Counted from the whole stretch's first letter, positions 11,310-23,182 are shown. The stretch is DNA of 63,652 nt, filler included, from Octopus bimaculoides (GCF_001194135.2; 8 parts of 6 records of this genome joined end to end with filler, not necessarily neighbours in it); one strand, 5' to 3'. Program-made: numbers and translations. The notes: generated from the sequence alone by a model not told the origin.

Positions 11310-13430
11310 TTATACAATGATACGATTAAATTAAATTATATATATAGTAATCATCCACCCTCAATTAAGAAATCGTTAACATATAATATAGGTAAGAGAA
11401 TATCGTTACTTTCTTCTAATTTTGAGATTTTCCAAACACATGCACCTTATTATAATGAAGCCCTTCGTGAGGCGGGATATACTAATAATATTAAATTCTT
11501 TAATAATTCGAAATATAATAATAATATCTAAGATTATAATATTAATGATCCATTTATTTTCTATAATAATAAACATAACATTAAGAATTATGATAAGGGT
11601 TACTTAGATAATAATGGTAAGAATAATAGGTATTATGATAATAAAAAACATAAATATAATTATAATGGACAAAATAATAAGATTAAATTTAATTCCTTTA
11701 TTGATAATAATAAATTTAATAATATAAATAATAAATATAATAATATCAATAATAAGAACAAAATTTGGCTAATTATTCCATACAGCATTCAAATTAAAAC
11801 TAACATTATTAAAGAGATTTTAAATATAATTGATATATTCCTTAGAGATAATAAAATATATCATATTTTTTCTAGTAATAATTTGGGAGTTGGTTATTCT
11901 ACTACTAATAATGTTGGTAGCATTACTTCTTCTTTTAATAGATTTAAGTTAAATAAGTTTTACAAATATAAATTAAATACTTATTCTAATAATAATAATA
12001 ATAATAATAAGGACCAGGATATAATTAATTGTACATGTAGAGATAAGACCAAATGTAAATTTGATAATAAATGTGATTTGAAGGATGTGGTGTATAAATG
12101 TATAGTGACTTTAATTGATGGAAATATATTTAATGGTTTACATAGGATCGACTTTGAATAAAATAAAATTATGTGTGGCTTAATACATGAATTCCTTTAA
12201 GAATAGATATTTGATTAATTCTACTGGCCTTAGTAAATATATTTGGGAACTAAAATCTAAAAATATTCAGTACATTTTAAATTGGGAAATAGTTTGTAAG
12301 GCGAAATCTTATTGTATAGGTAGTAATTTTTGTATGTTGTGTACTAATGAATATAAGGAGATGTTATCAAATAATAATGATACTTTATTTAACTCCCTTG
12401 ATGAACATAAAATTAAATGTTGACATAAATTAAATTGTTTATATAATAAGTTTAGCTAATTGTGTATATATNNNNNNNNNNTTTGTACTTATAAAGTGTG
12501 TATTAATTAGTATGATAATATTTTTAGTGAATATTATACATTAATAATTAAATGATACTATGATTTTTATAAATAAATAATTTAGATATTTTAATTAATT
12601 TATTTAATGTAAATATATTAATTTATAGTATTTTAGCTTCTTTCATGTATATTATCTAATTTACGTATTTTAGTTTTAATTTATTAGACTTTAAAATTAT
12701 TTAGAATTTAAATTTTTCTAGTAAATGTTTATAATAAAGTTAATTTTTTAATATGATTACAGCTAAAATACATTTTGATTTTATAAATAAAACTTGAATA
12801 CATATTTATATATCTTTTTATTCTATCATGTTTCTTCAAGCCATATTTTCACGCGACTTAATTCTAATAAACGCTAAGTTAAAAGTATAACGTTTAAAAT
12901 TTTAGTTTAAACTAAAGCTTCGATAAGATAAGTATTGCATTATTAATATTGTTAAATGTTTTACTTTTATTTATTGGTGAAATAAGTATTTTTATATAAA
13001 TTCATTTGATATTTATTGTTAATCGAAATATATACATTGATTTTATTATTATTATTGTATTTTGACCTGAAAATTAGCTATATTTTTGAATAGAATTGAT
13101 TTTCGATTGAGTTATTTTGAATCGATTTGATTTTTATTTTATTTTCTATTTGAAAATATGGTTATGAAACACGTGTAGTCATTTTTACTATTTTAATATT
13201 TATTACCTTGTACTTTTTTGATGTTTACTATAGGTCTTCTTAGTGTATTTACTTATTAAATTTTTCTATATGTGGATTTTCATGGATGAATTAAATAATT
13301 GTGGCTTTTTTCTCTAAATTATATATTTATATATTATATATTGTGAAATTTAATTTCATTTTGATAAATTAAATTGAATTTTTGCCTGTAAATTTGGAAT
13401 TTTTCTCTAATATTATTATCATTATATACA
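11310..13430 (+). mobile_element. Decayed Penelope-like element (RT thumb, Cys linker, GIY-YIG endonuclease, AT-rich 3' region)
   Basis: SNHPPSIKKSL..IGKRISLLSSN..F....PYYNEALREAGY; IWLIIPY; CTCRDKTKCKFDNKC; VVY...YIGST (after a frameshift)...NSTGLSKYIWELK...C.LC.NE...C*H; in-frame stop at 11529-11531. Confidence 0.9.
13063..13181 (+). ncRNA. Decayed type I hammerhead-like motif with 92-nt helix II, in the Penelope 3' region
   Basis: TGAC-CTGAAAA-[long hairpin]-GAAAC-ACGT-GTA-GTCA; G8>A core change. Confidence 0.6.
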
Positions 13431-13453
13431 CACACACTCACACACACACACAC

Positions 13454-13529
<76 letters not shown>

Positions 13530-14272
13530 ATGATGCAGTTGTGCATCATTAACCAGCTAGAGATGTCCTCTTGGGGCTAAAAAATGACTTAACATTATTT
13601 AAAGCCTGACAGAGAACAATGAAGTTAGCAATAATTTTTTTAAATGGTTCCATGCATTGGGTCATCCCATAAATAATGTGGTTTTTTCAACTGCATGTAT
13701 TAAAAGTCAGGGGGGGATGGGATAAACTACCCAAGCTTATCCAAGGACTACATCATGCTCCATTGTCCTTCCTAATGTTAACCACTACAGTGTGTACTGG
13801 GTGCTCTTTTTTCAAGCTGTTAGTATGAGTGAGGTCACTATGCACCTTGCAAGTCTGTGAACCCTGAAGGGGATGTTTTACGCTACAAAATGAGGGGTAA
13901 AAGTATGAGAGAAGGGGTCAGAACAGATTATCATCATCATCATTTAATGTTCATGTGCATATGTTAGTGCGTGCGTGTGTGTGTGTGTGTCAATGTGTGT
14001 GTGTGTTAATGTGTGTGTGTGTTAATGTGTGTATATGTGTGTGTGTCCGTGTGTCTGTACATATTTGGATTAGTGTATGTACACAAATGTCCGTGATATA
14101 CATTTGTATATCCAAGTGCATATGCATGGATTAGTGTCTATATATGTATGTATGTATGTGTGTATATGTATGTATATATGTCTTTTCTATTTTTTAATTA
14201 TGATAAATCTTCAACTCAGGAGGGAGCCAATTTCTAACAAAGATACAAAGCTCCATCTTAACACAGACAAAT

Positions 14273-14689
14273 TCACATTTGGAACTTGAGAAAAGTCTTG
14301 CATATTTTTACTGTTTCACTCAAAGATTGCACTTGTAATGTACGAATTAGCCGGTCAATTTCTATTTCTGAAAATCCCAGTTTATCCAGTTTCTCCTTTA
14401 AGCATTTGCTAACAAAAACTAGTACTCTAATTATTATTGGTATGAATATGAATTTATAGTCTGGATACAGAAGCTAGAGGTTTCAAAGCACTTGTCCATA
14501 GATGTCCTCTTTTTCTTTGATTTACATGATATTTATATCTGCAGGGCAGCTGACGTCTATGACGGTACATACCTTTGCCCCTCTGTTCCAAACAACAATA
14601 TCTGTCCTGTTATGTTTACATTTGACAGAAGTTTTGATGGGAATATTCCACCAGTATTCTTTGAGTTGGTGTTTATGAATGTATTCCAT
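14273..14689 (-). mobile_element. R4/Dong-like non-LTR retrotransposon, restriction-like endonuclease domain (pseudogenised)
   Basis: YWWNIPIKT...HNRTDIVVW...VIDVSCPADIN..*IKEKEDIYGQVL*NL*LLYPDYKFIFIPIII...L.KLGF: PD-(D/E)xK RLE signature with 3 internal stops. Confidence 0.85.
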
Positions 14690-15046
14690 GACTGAAGGAT
14701 TTTCTAAGTTTCAGCATGTATGTATGTATGTATGTATGTATGTATGTATGTATATCTGTGTGCGTGTGTGTGTGTGTTTTGTATAAATGTATGTATGTAT
14801 TTATGTATGCATGTATGTATTTATGTATGCAGATATAGATGTATGTAGGTATGTAGGTATATATGCAATATGTGTACATATGGTTGCCTTCACTTAAGGG
14901 CTTAATTAAATTAAATACTGGTGATATACCAAAAGTTGAAGAGAGAAATGGATGATATAAGATGTTAGATGGTTTGCTGCAAAGAAGAAAGTTTATCATT
15001 TCAAGATGTATCTTTCATAAATGTTTTCTACCAAAGCATCATTAAT

Positions 15047-15744
15047 CATCATCATCGTCGTCGTCGTCGTTTAACGTCCGCTTTCCATGCTGGCATGGGT
15101 TGGACGGCTTGACTGAGGACTGGCGAGCCAGAAGGCTGCACCAGGCTCCAATCTGATCTGACAAAGTTTCTACAGTTGGATGCCCTTCCTAACGCCAACC
15201 ACTCCGAGAGTCTAGTGGTGGGTGCTTTTATGTGCCACCAGCATGAGGGCCAGTCAAGCAGCACTGGCAACGACCAGGCTCGAATGTTGTTTTTCACATG
15301 CCACCAGCACATGTGCCAGTAAGACAACGTTGGCAACGATCATGCTCGAATGGTGCTTTTTACGTGCCACTGGCATGGGAGCCAGTCAGCAGCCCTGGCA
15401 ACGATCACACTCGGATGGTGCTTTAATGTTCCACTGGCACGAGTGCCAATCAGGCGGTGCTGTCATCGACCACATCAGCGTTTTTGATTTCACTTGCTTC
15501 AACAGGTCTTCGCAAGCAAAGTTTATTGTCCAATGAATGAAGGGTACTCATAAGTGAGCTGGTTATACATCACTGGCATAGGCCACGGATTATGGTCTCA
15601 CTTAGCTTGTCGGGTCTTCTCAAGCACAGCCTATCTCCAAAGGTCTTGGTCACTAGTCATTGCCTCGGTGTGGCCCAATTTTCGAAGGTCGTGCTTCACC
15701 ACCTCATCCCAGGTCTTCCTGGGTCTACCTCTTCCACAGTTTCC
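15047..15744 (-). mobile_element. RTE-clade LINE 3' fragment (ORF C-terminus + 3' UTR + (GAT)n tail)
   Basis: CGRGRPRKTWDEVVKHDLRKLGHTEAMTSDQDLWR*AVLEKTRQAK* followed by the UTR seen in the other truncated copies. Confidence 0.9.
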
Positions 15745-16030
15745 AATAATAATAATAATAATAATAATAATGAAATTATTGTGTACAGTGCTCAGGTGCA
15801 CTACAACTCATCAAAGGTGCATGTATAGTACGTAGAATTATGTACAAAAGTCAGGAAAGTGAGCAGTGTATGAGTCATGATATACATGTGTGCATGTGTA
15901 TGGAAGGGGTGGATATCAGCTGTAGTGTTGGCGAATTTCAGGAAGCATGGTGGTTTTAAAGGATGCAATGTCTTGGCAGATTTCTTTCAACTAGGTTTAA
16001 ACCAATTTTTCAAGCATTAGATTAATATCT
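15745..16030 (-). mobile_element. LINE 3' end with (ATT)n tail, CR1-like
   Basis: EICQDIASFKTTMLPEIRQHYS* followed by a UTR and an ATT-repeat tail. Confidence 0.55.
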
Positions 16031-16046
16031 TGTCCACATACTTGTG

Positions 16047-16470
16047 AAGGTGCATGGCTTAGTGCAGGCACCATCACAGTAATTTTCCAAACGGAGAACA
16101 CAAGGTCAGAAGGAAATACAACTCCAGGAGGAAAGGGCATAATAACATTATTTAGAAGGGTGCACTTCTTTTCTTGGGTGGAGCACGTGCCCCTCAGGCC
16201 CTCCCTAGGTGGTGCATTGTATCCTTGAGTAAGATGCTTTATTTCATGTTGCTGCACACCACTCAGCTTGCAAAAAATGCATTGTACCTGTAATTCAAAA
16301 GGGACAACCTTGTCGTATTCAGTGTGTCATGCTGAGTCTCCCTCAGAGCTACATTAATGGTACACGTGTCTGTGGAGCGTTCAGCCACTTGCACCTCAAT
16401 TTCACGAGCAGGCTGTTCCATTGACTGAATCAACTGGAACACTCATTGTCATAACTGACAGAGTGCCCAA
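16047..16470 (+). mobile_element. tRNA-derived SINE, head H1 + tail T, interrupted by a ~140-bp insert
   Basis: gaaggtgcatggcttagtg [insert] gtggtgcattgtatccttgagtaagatgctttatttcatg...tacctgtaattcaaaaggg...gtacacgtgtctgtggag. Confidence 0.7.
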
Positions 16471-16908
16471 CCCCATACTTAATTTAGTGGTACTTACAAA
16501 ATATGAACTGTCAACCTCTCTTGGTTATCTAGTACTTCATTGACACACCTGCATATGTATGATGGATCGGCCAGCAGTAGCGCAGCTTGGAGGGGGATGG
16601 TCATGATTAGAACGGCTCAATCATAGATTTGTTCAATCAGTGCCACATTATATTTACACGTTATTTACATTAAAAGAGAGAAAAGAAAAATGAATCCTTA
16701 TAGAATTCGAACTTTGGAACTCAGTCATCTTTGCCTATTTTACTGTCCTTATCAAAGCCCCACGCATAAAATGTCTTTTAAACATTAAACATACTCAGAT
16801 ACAAATACATTTAATCTATGAAGGAGTGTATATGTATACTTAAGCTGCCAAAGATCAAATTTACTCCTCTATCCCGCCACCACTTGCATGTCTCCGTTTA
16901 ATTTTTAG

Positions 16909-17168
16909 ATAAAAAATAAATGCGCCCTTTTAAAGCCTAGCCAGGCTCATGGGCCTGGTTTCCCGGTTTCAATGGTGTATGTGTTCCCCAGCTGGATGGG
17001 ACGCCAGTCCATCGCAGCGTTACTCATTTTTGCCAGCTGAGTGGACTGGAGCAACGTAAATTAAGTGTTTTGCTCAAGAGCACAACGCGTCTCCCAGTCC
17101 AGGAATCGAAACCACAATCTTATGATCATGGTGCTGACACCCTAACCACTAGGCCACGCACCTCTACA
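16909..17168 (-). mobile_element. tRNA-derived SINE, head H1 + V-like tail
   Basis: 15-bp TSD ccgtttaatttttag (16894-16908 / 17169-17183); A/B boxes; gatggactggcgtcccatccag. Confidence 0.9.
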
Positions 17169-17332
17169 CCGTTTAATTTTTAGTTGATTTAAATTTAAGG
17201 AGATCTCTCACTCTTGTCCTTTTGAGAATAAGCTTTTTTTAACGCTTACAACTTTTATTCTTGTGTGGTGTCTTAAGAAGAATAATGAATCATACTGACA
17301 GAAATAGGCACTAAAACAATTGTCTGGAAGAT

Positions 17333-17408
17333 ATCATCATCATCGTCATCGTTGTCATCATCGTCGTTGTCGTCACCTTCATCATCATAGTCGTCGTCAC
17401 CATCATCC

Positions 17409-17457
<49 letters not shown>

Positions 17458-17680
17458 TATCATCACCATCACTATTCAACATCTGTTTTCATGCTGGCAT
17501 GGACAGGACGGATTGACAGGAATTTTCAAGCCAGAGAACTATACCAAGCTCCATTGTCTGCTTTGGCATAGTGCTTTCTAATGACAACTACTGAACTGGG
17601 TGCTTTTTTTTATGTGGTGCTAGCACCAGTGATCTCACCAAATATCTCATAAGACAGGACCCCTCAACTGACATGGGGTG
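17333..17680 (-). mobile_element. RTE LINE 3' end fragment with expanded (CAT)n tail
   Basis: Long CAT/CGT tract then ttcaacatctgttttcatgctggcatgg...gggtgctttttt. Confidence 0.7.
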
Positions 17681-17804
17681 GGGGGTGAAGTATAAAAGAA
17701 GGGGGAAGATTTGTCTTTCTTATATAAGCTGTGTTATGTGTTATAATGTGAGATGATGTGTATATGGACTGTGTCCAATGTGGGTTGTATTATATTGTCA
17801 TGGG

Positions 17805-17970
17805 GGCAGGCAGGGCTGTATGGTTAAGAAGTCTGCTTCCTAACTATGTAGTTTTTAAGTTCAGGCCTACTGTATGGCACTTTGGGTAAGTATCTTCTAC
17901 TATAGCCCCAGCCCAATGAAAGCCTTGTGAATGGATATGGATTTGGTGGAAAGAAACTGAAAAGCCCCTC
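17805..17970 (+). mobile_element. SINE family S1, 5' half (diverged)
   Basis: ggctgtatggttaagaagtctgcttcc...gcactttgggtaagtatcttctactatagcc. Confidence 0.75.
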
Positions 17971-18082
17971 AGATATATATATATATAAATATAGCTATAT
18001 CCATTTGTGTTATCTTCACCAGACAATTTTTTTGGTGCAGTATATTTCTGTCTGTATAATTCTCTATTCTTCTATCCTTCTT

Positions 18083-18167
<85 letters not shown>

Positions 18168-18168
<1 letters not shown>

Positions 18169-18382
18169 TCTTTTCTACTCTAGGCACAAGGCCCGAAATT
18201 TTGGGGGAGGAGGCCAGTCAATTAGATCAACCCCAGTATGCAACTAGTACTTAATTTATTGACCCCGAAAGGATGAAAGGCAAAGGTGACCTTAGTGGAA
18301 TTTGAACTCAGAACATAAAGACAGACAAAATACTGCTAAGCATTTCTCCCGGCGTGCTAACATTTCTGCCAGCTCACTGCCT
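18168..18382 (-). mobile_element. tRNA-derived SINE family S2
   Basis: Reverse complement begins aaggcagtgagctggcagaaatgttagcacgccggg...gttctgagttcaaattcc...ctttcatcctttcggggtc. Confidence 0.85.
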
Positions 18383-18440
18383 TCACACATACACATATTA
18401 AGACCACAAACATGTTAACGGTCACTACAGTTGTTTCAGA

Positions 18441-18730
18441 GTGGCAGATGGCCAAGTGGTTAGATCAGCGGACTTGTGGTCGAAGGATCACGGGTTTGAA
18501 TCTCAGACCGGGCGATGTGTGCATTTATGAGCAAAAACCCTAAGCTCCACGTTGCTTTGGCAGAAGGTGATGGTGAACTTCTGCTGACTCTTTTGCCACA
18601 ACTTTCTCTCACTCTTTCCTCCTGCATCTAGTAGCTCACCTGTGATGGACTAGCATCCCATCCGGGTGGGAAACCTAAACACCAGCCCTTATGAGCCAGG
18701 CATGTCTTGAGAAGGAACAAACACACACAC
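18441..18730 (+). mobile_element. tRNA-derived SINE, head H2 + V-like tail
   Basis: 10-bp TSD ttgtttcaga (18431-18440 / 18731-18740); ggccaagtggttagatcagcggacttgtggtcg; cctgtgatggactagcatcccatcc. Confidence 0.85.
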
Positions 18731-19044
18731 TTGTTTCAGACATGTTTTTCATTCATGAACGACTCGATTACATCATGGAAAAAAGCTTTTCTTTGGGTAA
18801 ATTAAGAATTTGAAATTTCGTTCTGAGGAAAAGATGCCAAGATGTGAAACGTCGACTGACCCTCTCATTTTGGCAATGATGAAGAAAGTACACACACACA
18901 TATATATATAAATTCAAATAAAGGCTACAAACTTCAGTAAAGGATAATAAAATCCAATGAAAACATTGGTTAGTTATCTATTTAAAAAATGCTGACTATT
19001 ACAATTAATATTCAACTGCAACATAACTAGTCAAACTGTGGTTT

Positions 19045-19478
19045 ATATATATTTTAAGAAGATATGAAAATAGATAATTAATAATTATTTATCAATTAAA
19101 GAATTAGACAACATCTCTGACAGCTGTTTCGATTCCAGACCTTTATAAATTCATTACCATAATTAAAGCCATTTAAAAGTCGAATCTCATCAGAGTTGGC
19201 TAAAAATACAATTAGGTGTTCATATTCCTGCTTGTTGAGTATACAGTTCCAAACTGTAATGGTTTAGAGCCTTATACTCAACAAGCAGGAATATAAATAC
19301 CTAATTGTATATTTTTAGCTAGCTCTGATGAAATTCGACTTTTAAATGGTTTTAATTATGGTAATTAATTTATAAAGGTTTGGAATCGAAACAGCTGTCA
19401 GAGATGATGTCTATTTTTTTTATTAATAAATAATTATTAAATATCTCTCTATTTTCTTATCTTCTTAAAATATATATA
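19045..19478. repeat. Fold-back inverted repeat with a hammerhead-like motif in each arm
   Basis: ~200-bp arms around a ~29-bp spacer (19244-19272); CTGATGA...GAAACAGCTGTC on + (19325-19399), mirrored on - (19105-19202). Confidence 0.85.
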
Positions 19479-19904
19479 TATAGATATATGTATGATGTGT
19501 ATGTATACATATATATATATGATGTGTGTGTGTGTATATATGTGTATGTATACACATATACATATATATGTATATCTTAGTTATCCATTTGTCTTATCTT
19601 CCAGACAATTTTTTTAGTGCATATCTCTGTCAGTATGATTCTCTATCCTTCTTAAAACGCCACACAATTATTTGCAATTTCATGCTGGCTTCAAATTTGA
19701 TATTTCACAATTTTTTCTAATTTCATATTTCTAATTCTAATATCTTTAGATATATAATAATGTTCAGGGCTTTCATAATGACTTCAGCTTTTTGTAGAAA
19801 GCCAATGAGAAAACTTCTACATAGTTGTCCAGCTTGCAAGAAATAGAAGACTTTACTCTACCACCATAAAAATAGTTAACTATACTTAATTTAAATATAG
19901 GTAC

Positions 19905-20065
19905 AGTAGTGGCAGTGTGGTAAAACATTTGCTTCCCAATCACATGGTTCCAAGTTCAGTCCCACTGCATGGCACCTTGGGTAAGTGTCTTCTACTATAG
20001 CCTCAGGCTGACTAAAGCCTTGTGAGTGGATTTGGTTGGTAGAAATTGAAAGAATCCTATATATA
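19905..20065 (+). mobile_element. SINE family S1, 5' half
   Basis: gtggcagtgtggtaaaacatttgcttccc...ggcaccttgggtaagtgtcttctactatagcc. Confidence 0.8.
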
Positions 20066-20073
20066 TTAAAAAA

Positions 20074-20417
20074 AGACTCCCTTTGGTCATGAATGACCAT
20101 GGGATTGCACCTAGAAAGTTCCCCTCCAAGGCACAAGTCCAGGCAAAGTTCTTTATGGAAGACCAGCAGTTGTCTATGCAGTTGTCTATGCATACCAGCC
20201 TCCTTTCTTCATGCCACTAATGTTATCCAAGGGAAAGGCAAAAACTAATACAACTTGGCACCAGTAACGTCGCAACTCATTTCTATAGCTGAGTGAATTG
20301 GAGCAATGTGAAATAAAGTGTCTTACTCAAGAACACAACACACAACCTGGTCCGAGAATCAAATTCACTATACCTCGTGATTATGAGGTTGATGTCTAAC
20401 CACTGAGCTATGCATCT
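20074..20417 (-). mobile_element. tRNA-derived SINE, head H1 + tail K
   Basis: Homologous over its full length to 59141-59464. Confidence 0.85.
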
Positions 20418-20877
20418 TATATATATATATGAGTAAGATTCAGTTAAATTAGGTACTTAAATTGAGGCACCTCGTTAGGTCAGAATAATAAACATGCACA
20501 ATAATATTATGTAAATATCAGACTTGGTACATAAGTACCGGCCGAATGATATTGTTGCAGTGTTTGTAGACAATTAGACCCAGCTGAGTGAAGAAATCTG
20601 CTGTTGAGCTATTCAGACATGTACATTATATCAAATATACAGTCCATAATATATACGAAGGGTAGATTCTGAGACAGGTGAATAAAATATAAATGAGTAA
20701 CAGTAGAGATACAGGTGTCAATCCATTACAGCTGTTTCTAATGAATCCTTTAATTGATTTATGCAAACATTACAACATTGTAAAGAAACTGTTTTCATCA
20801 AATGAATTCATGAATTTCAAAATAATGGAGATACCAGTAAAATAAAAGTAAAACACTTTTTGCTATTATTTTGACAA

Positions 20878-21035
20878 CCGTTGACAACCGATGGTGATGT
20901 GTTTACGTCCCCGTAACTTAGCAGTTTGGCAAAAGAGACCGATAGAATAAGTACTAGGCTTAGTCGATTTGCTTGACTAAAGGCAGTGCTCCAGCATGGC
21001 TGCAGTCAAATGACTGAAACAAGTAAAAGAGCAAA
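20878..21035 (+). mobile_element. SINE family S1, 3' half
   Basis: ttgacaaccgatggtgatgtgtttacgtccccgtaacttagc...gctccagcatggctgcagtcaaatgactgaaacaagtaaaagag. Confidence 0.85.
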
Positions 21036-21415
21036 GAATATATATAACTCTTCGAAACGCCTGTGTTAGAAAGGGGGAAGCTGATGAAGGAGATGTTCTC
21101 TATGTGGCCTGTGTGTTTTCTGTACTCGTTTATCATTTTGTCTACGCTTTGTTTGCAATGTCCTGTACCCAAATATGCATCTATATATACAGGTAGATGT
21201 AAGTATGTACATACATGTGCATATATATGCATATACTCATTTATTATTTGTATTATATATATATATATATATATATNNNNNNNNNNNNNNNNNNNNNNNN
21301 NNNNNNNNNNNNNNNNNNNNNNNNNNNNNNNNNNNNNNNNNNNNNNNNNNNNNNNNNNNNNNNNNNNNNNNNNNNNNNNNNNNNNNNNNNNNNNNNNNNN
21401 NNNNNNNNNNNNNNN

Positions 21416-21648
21416 GGCACATAAAAGACACCATTTCGAGCGTGGCCGTTTTCGTGCGGGTGACACGTAAAAGCACCCACTACACTCTCTGAGTGGTTGG
21501 CGTTAGGAAGGGCATCCAGCTGTAGAAACTCTGCCAAATTAGATTGGAGTCTGGTGTTGCCATCCGGTTTCACCAGTCCTCAGTCAAATCGTCCAACCCA
21601 TGCTAGCATGGAAAGCGGATGTTAAACGATGATGATGATGATGATGAT

Positions 21649-21650
<2 letters not shown>
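21416..21650 (+). mobile_element. RTE LINE 3' end fragment
   Basis: ggcgttaggaagggcatccagctgtagaaac...ggaaagcggatgttaaacgatgatgatg. Confidence 0.85.
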
Positions 21651-21679
<29 letters not shown>

Positions 21680-22125
21680 GAGAAGTGAATGGATATAGAA
21701 GTCTTGCATGACACATCAGAACTCACAATGCAAAAAAGCTGGCAAATGAAATGTAAAAATGACAGTCACTTATCTGCTCCTTACTATTTGAGGTAACAAG
21801 GTTAAAAAAAACAAACAACAAGGATCTATAATTACTGCTGCTGCTGCTGCTAACTGCACTGTTGTTGTTTCTTTAGTTTTGCATTTCTACTCTATCTCAT
21901 TAAGACTATTGTTTATGTATCATAGTTCTTATTGACATTGTTGAAAAAGTAAATCTGGAATACGTTTTATGGTTGAGCTTTTAATATATATTGTAAACAC
22001 GACATAGCAAGCCAATGGACGGAGCCTTCATGTGGTCACCACTTGCTAGAGGTAGCAAACAAATTTCTGTCGTATTAAATTCAGCGATTTTCAAAAAAAG
22101 CAAACTGATGATCACATTAGATAAA

Positions 22126-22127
22126 AT

Positions 22128-22175
<48 letters not shown>

Positions 22176-22400
22176 TTCATCATTTAACATCTGCTTTCTT
22201 TGCTGGCATGGGTGGGACATTTTGACAGGAGGTGACGAGCCAGAGGAAGGACTGTACCAAGCTTTATTGTCTGCTTTTGGATGGTTTCTAAGGCTGAATG
22301 TTATTCCTAACACCAACTGCTTTACAGAGTGCATCAGGTGCTTTTTTTATATGGCACCAGCCCAGGCAAAGTCCCCAAGTAACCTGTAAGACAGAACCCC
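22126..22400 (-). mobile_element. RTE LINE 3' end fragment (diverged)
   Basis: (CAT)n then tttaacatctgctttctttgctggcatggg. Confidence 0.7.
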
Positions 22401-22572
22401 TCATTTGAGGTAGGAGTAGTATTAAGGGAGGTGACTTTGTGTCTGGTGATGAGAGGTTAGAGTGTGGGTGTGTTTATATAAGCATATCTTATCAATTCAC
22501 AGAATTGTATGAGTGTAACTTGTACACATGCATATACATAAAATCATGCACATACACTTGACACATGCACAG

Positions 22573-22605
<33 letters not shown>

Positions 22606-22970
22606 GATATGAACACACAGGTGCACAATGCAGACACCTACACATACACACACTCACACACATGCACACATGTACACACACACACACACATACATGCTTA
22701 AGTTAGTACTGTCATAGGAATCATGGTTTCCATGGCATATAAATGACATTTTCTCCCCTGAACAGGATACCAGTCCATCATAGGGTTAGTCCTTTACAGC
22801 CAAATGGACAGAGGTAGGGGGGGGCAATGTGAAATGAAGTATTGTGCTCAGGAACACAATGTACCCTCCAGTCCACAAATTGAAACCATGGTCTTCTGAT
22901 TGAGGGTTAACATCCTGACCCCCTGGCTGTACTTCTCATATATATATATGCATGTATATATACATATATA

Positions 22971-23175
22971 TGAGGGTTGGCTGAAAAGTTCTTGGCTTTG
23001 GGTAAAAGAAATTACATTAATTAATTAAGATTCATTCAATATATTCCCATCTCAGATTCCTATTGCAGCAGTTGTCCATTTTTTTCTGAGCCTTGTAAAA
23101 GAACTCAGAAAGTTGGGCCTCCAATCAGTCTTTTTGCAATATCCTCAAAGCTAAGAACTCTTCAGCACCCACTCA
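22971..23175. mobile_element. Tc1/mariner MITE
   Basis: TA-flanked TIRs tgagggttggctgaaaagttc / gaactcttcagcacccactca. Confidence 0.75.
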
Positions 23176-23182
23176 TATATAT

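Noticed and set aside
12421-12423. In-frame TGA near the Penelope C-terminus as a possible selenocysteine
   Set aside because: It lies at the Arg position of the C-R-H motif (CGA>TGA CpG decay); all Cys positions are TGT and I could not identify a SECIS
18818-18858. GTT-CTGAGGA...GAAACGTC-GAC
   Set aside because: Helix II does not pair, so it is too decayed to count; probably a PLE-end remnant
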